The position numbers and the translations under genes were made by a program. DNA of 63,081 nt, filler included, from Deltaproteobacteria bacterium (GTDB lineage: Bacteria; JAUYMQ01): NCBI GenBank assembly GCA_030698575.1. It is 14 parts of 14 records of this genome, joined end to end, with 100 filler letters (N's around TTAATTAATTAA, not from the genome) between each part and the next. Parts side by side here need not be neighbours in the genome. Positions count along the whole stretch, not along the records: positions 58,551 to 63,081 come from JAUYMQ010000395.1; 13 more parts are not named here. One strand, 5' to 3'. Below are positions 61,769 through 63,081 of the stretch, in pieces; position 1 is the first letter of the stretch, and every line of letters begins with the position of its first letter. The notes under the pieces were generated by a model. It did not search any database. It was not told where the DNA came from and saw only the letters and a list, made by a program, of their open reading frames with translations.

Positions 61769-63081
61769 TCGAAGTTTCGGCGTACGGTCAGGAAGGTTCG
61801 ATTCTGCTCCAGATCGGTGAAGCCGATATCAATCTTGTTGCGAGTATACCCCAGCAGCACTTCCCAGGAACGCAGCCGGTAGATGGCCTGAAGGTCGAGG
61901 TAGTCCTGAGTTTCCTCGAGGTCTCTGGGCTGCGTTCCGCGCTGGAAGCGCCCGATGGCGACCAACCGGAGATTCCTGATCGGCTGCACGTTGAGAGAAG
62001 CGGCCAGGTAGTTGTTGTCGCTTTCGAGTTTGTTTCTATTGCCCGAGGTCTCGAGGGTTCTCGAGGTGTGCGATGTGCGGCCGACCGCCAGGCTGCCGTA
62101 GACGTTGCGCGCCATGAGATAGGAGAAACCGATTTCAGCCGCGTACTGGCGGATCTCGAGGTCTAGACGTCTTCTTGTACTGGCGGGGCCGCTGATAAAC
62201 CGGTTCCCGTTTTCCTTGAAGTCCATGGCCAGGGCGAAGCCCCTTAGCTGCAGCCGGTTCCCCAGGTTCGAGGTGGCCACCACCTGGCCGCGGATCACCT
62301 GCTCATCCAGGGAGAAAGTCGAATTGTCATTGTGGTCTTCATAGGCAGCGTTGAAATCAAGGTTGATCCTTCTGAAGACAGTGCCGCCCAGACCGGCGCT
62401 CGCGTCTATGTCGGATCTGGCGCCGCTATCGCCGGGCGAAACGCTCGCGTAGCCGGCGCCCAGGGCAAGGCTCGTCACAGCCAGCCAGTCGCCGATGGGG
62501 CGGTTGTAATCCACCCCGGCCGTGAGATCGCTGACGTTGAAGTCCCGGCTGGCCGATGAAGCCAGCCCCCCCGAGTTCTCGCGGTTGATCTCGTTGTCCC
62601 CTTCCACGAAGAAGACGAGGTTGGGGCGGGCCCGATGGCTGACGCGCGCCACAATACGCTGATCGAATGTGTCTGCAAGATCCCCGTTCGAAAGCAGAAG
62701 GCTGTAATCCGTCGCCACGGTCGTCTCGGCCGAAGGGAGATAGGCCAGGCTCACCGTTGCGACCTGCTCAGTCCGTGAAAAAAACTCCTCATCGAAACGC
62801 CTGATCTCGTACTCCCCGTCCCCTTCGAACCGGTCGGCCTGGTAATGGAGCCCGAAGCCCGCGCGCAGCTCCTTGTCTTCGCGATCGGACGATCTGAGCA
62901 CGCTCTGCGAGGTTCCGGGCGGTCCCACGGGAACGGTTGCAAAACTAACGGACGGACCGCCCCGCTCCGTTTTCGTGCGAATGAAGTCCGCATACACATC
63001 CGTGAACAGGTTTTTCGTCAGGAATTTTCCCGCGTAAAAGTCAGCGATATCACTCTTTACCTTGTACCCGAAGTCGTTTGA
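61753..63081 (-). CDS. Outer-membrane beta-barrel (putative porin of a porin-cytochrome complex); 5' truncated
   Basis: Alternating amphipathic beta-strands, ends ...TFLTVRRNF; frame open to the window end; operonic with NHL and multiheme genes. Confidence 0.7.
   Translation of the reverse strand, partial: SNDFGYKVKSDIADFYAGKFLTKNLFTDVYADFIRTKTERGGPSVSFATVPVGPPGTSQSVLRSSDREDKELRAGFGLHYQADRFEGDGEYEIRRFDEEFFSRTEQVATVSLAYLPSAETTVATDYSLLLSNGDLADTFDQRIVARVSHRARPNLVFFVEGDNEINRENSGGLASSASRDFNVSDLTAGVDYNRPIGDWLAVTSLALGAGYASVSPGDSGARSDIDASAGLGGTVFRRINLDFNAAYEDHNDNSTFSLDEQVIRGQVVATSNLGNRLQLRGFALAMDFKENGNRFISGPASTRRRLDLEIRQYAAEIGFSYLMARNVYGSLAVGRTSHTSRTLETSGNRNKLESDNNYLAASLNVQPIRNLRLVAIGRFQRGTQPRDLEETQDYLDLQAIYRLRSWEVLLGYTRNKIDIGFTDLEQNRTFLTVRRNFEWRIR

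Noticed and set aside
1-63081. tRNA, rRNA, CRISPR arrays, integrase or transposase genes
   Set aside because: None recognised by eye. A tRNAscan/Infernal/CRISPR search would be needed to exclude them formally.

Overview
The window is 14 short, GC-rich bacterial contigs (probably a metagenome bin) joined by 100-bp N-gaps that contain the artificial all-frame-stop linker TTAATTAATTAA, so gene order is only meaningful within a contig. Most contigs carry ordinary genes, many of them truncated: polyprenyl synthase, ComEA, a cobalamin riboswitch with BtuF, gltB, CysQ, phoH-HD-ybeY-lnt, PBP1A, gshAB, treS-malQ-glgB, ftsH and RNase P RNA. Accessory content includes a phage replication/nucleotide fragment, an intein in PhoH, an Rhs toxin-immunity array, a DUF1156 methylase, paired HD-GYP proteins and a porin-NHL-multiheme cytochrome module. 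The standout is contig 7839-18011. It encodes a 1125-aa single-chain protein with the RpoB catalytic motifs followed by the RpoC motifs, including an intact NADFDGD, i.e. a miniature beta-beta' fused RNA polymerase. This gene ends a chain of overlapping ORFs that starts at a HerA/FtsK-type ATPase. The chain includes a consensus sigma54 promoter and a duplicated-domain protein that may be a divergent sigma54-like factor. All calls come from recognising motifs by eye; no searches were run.
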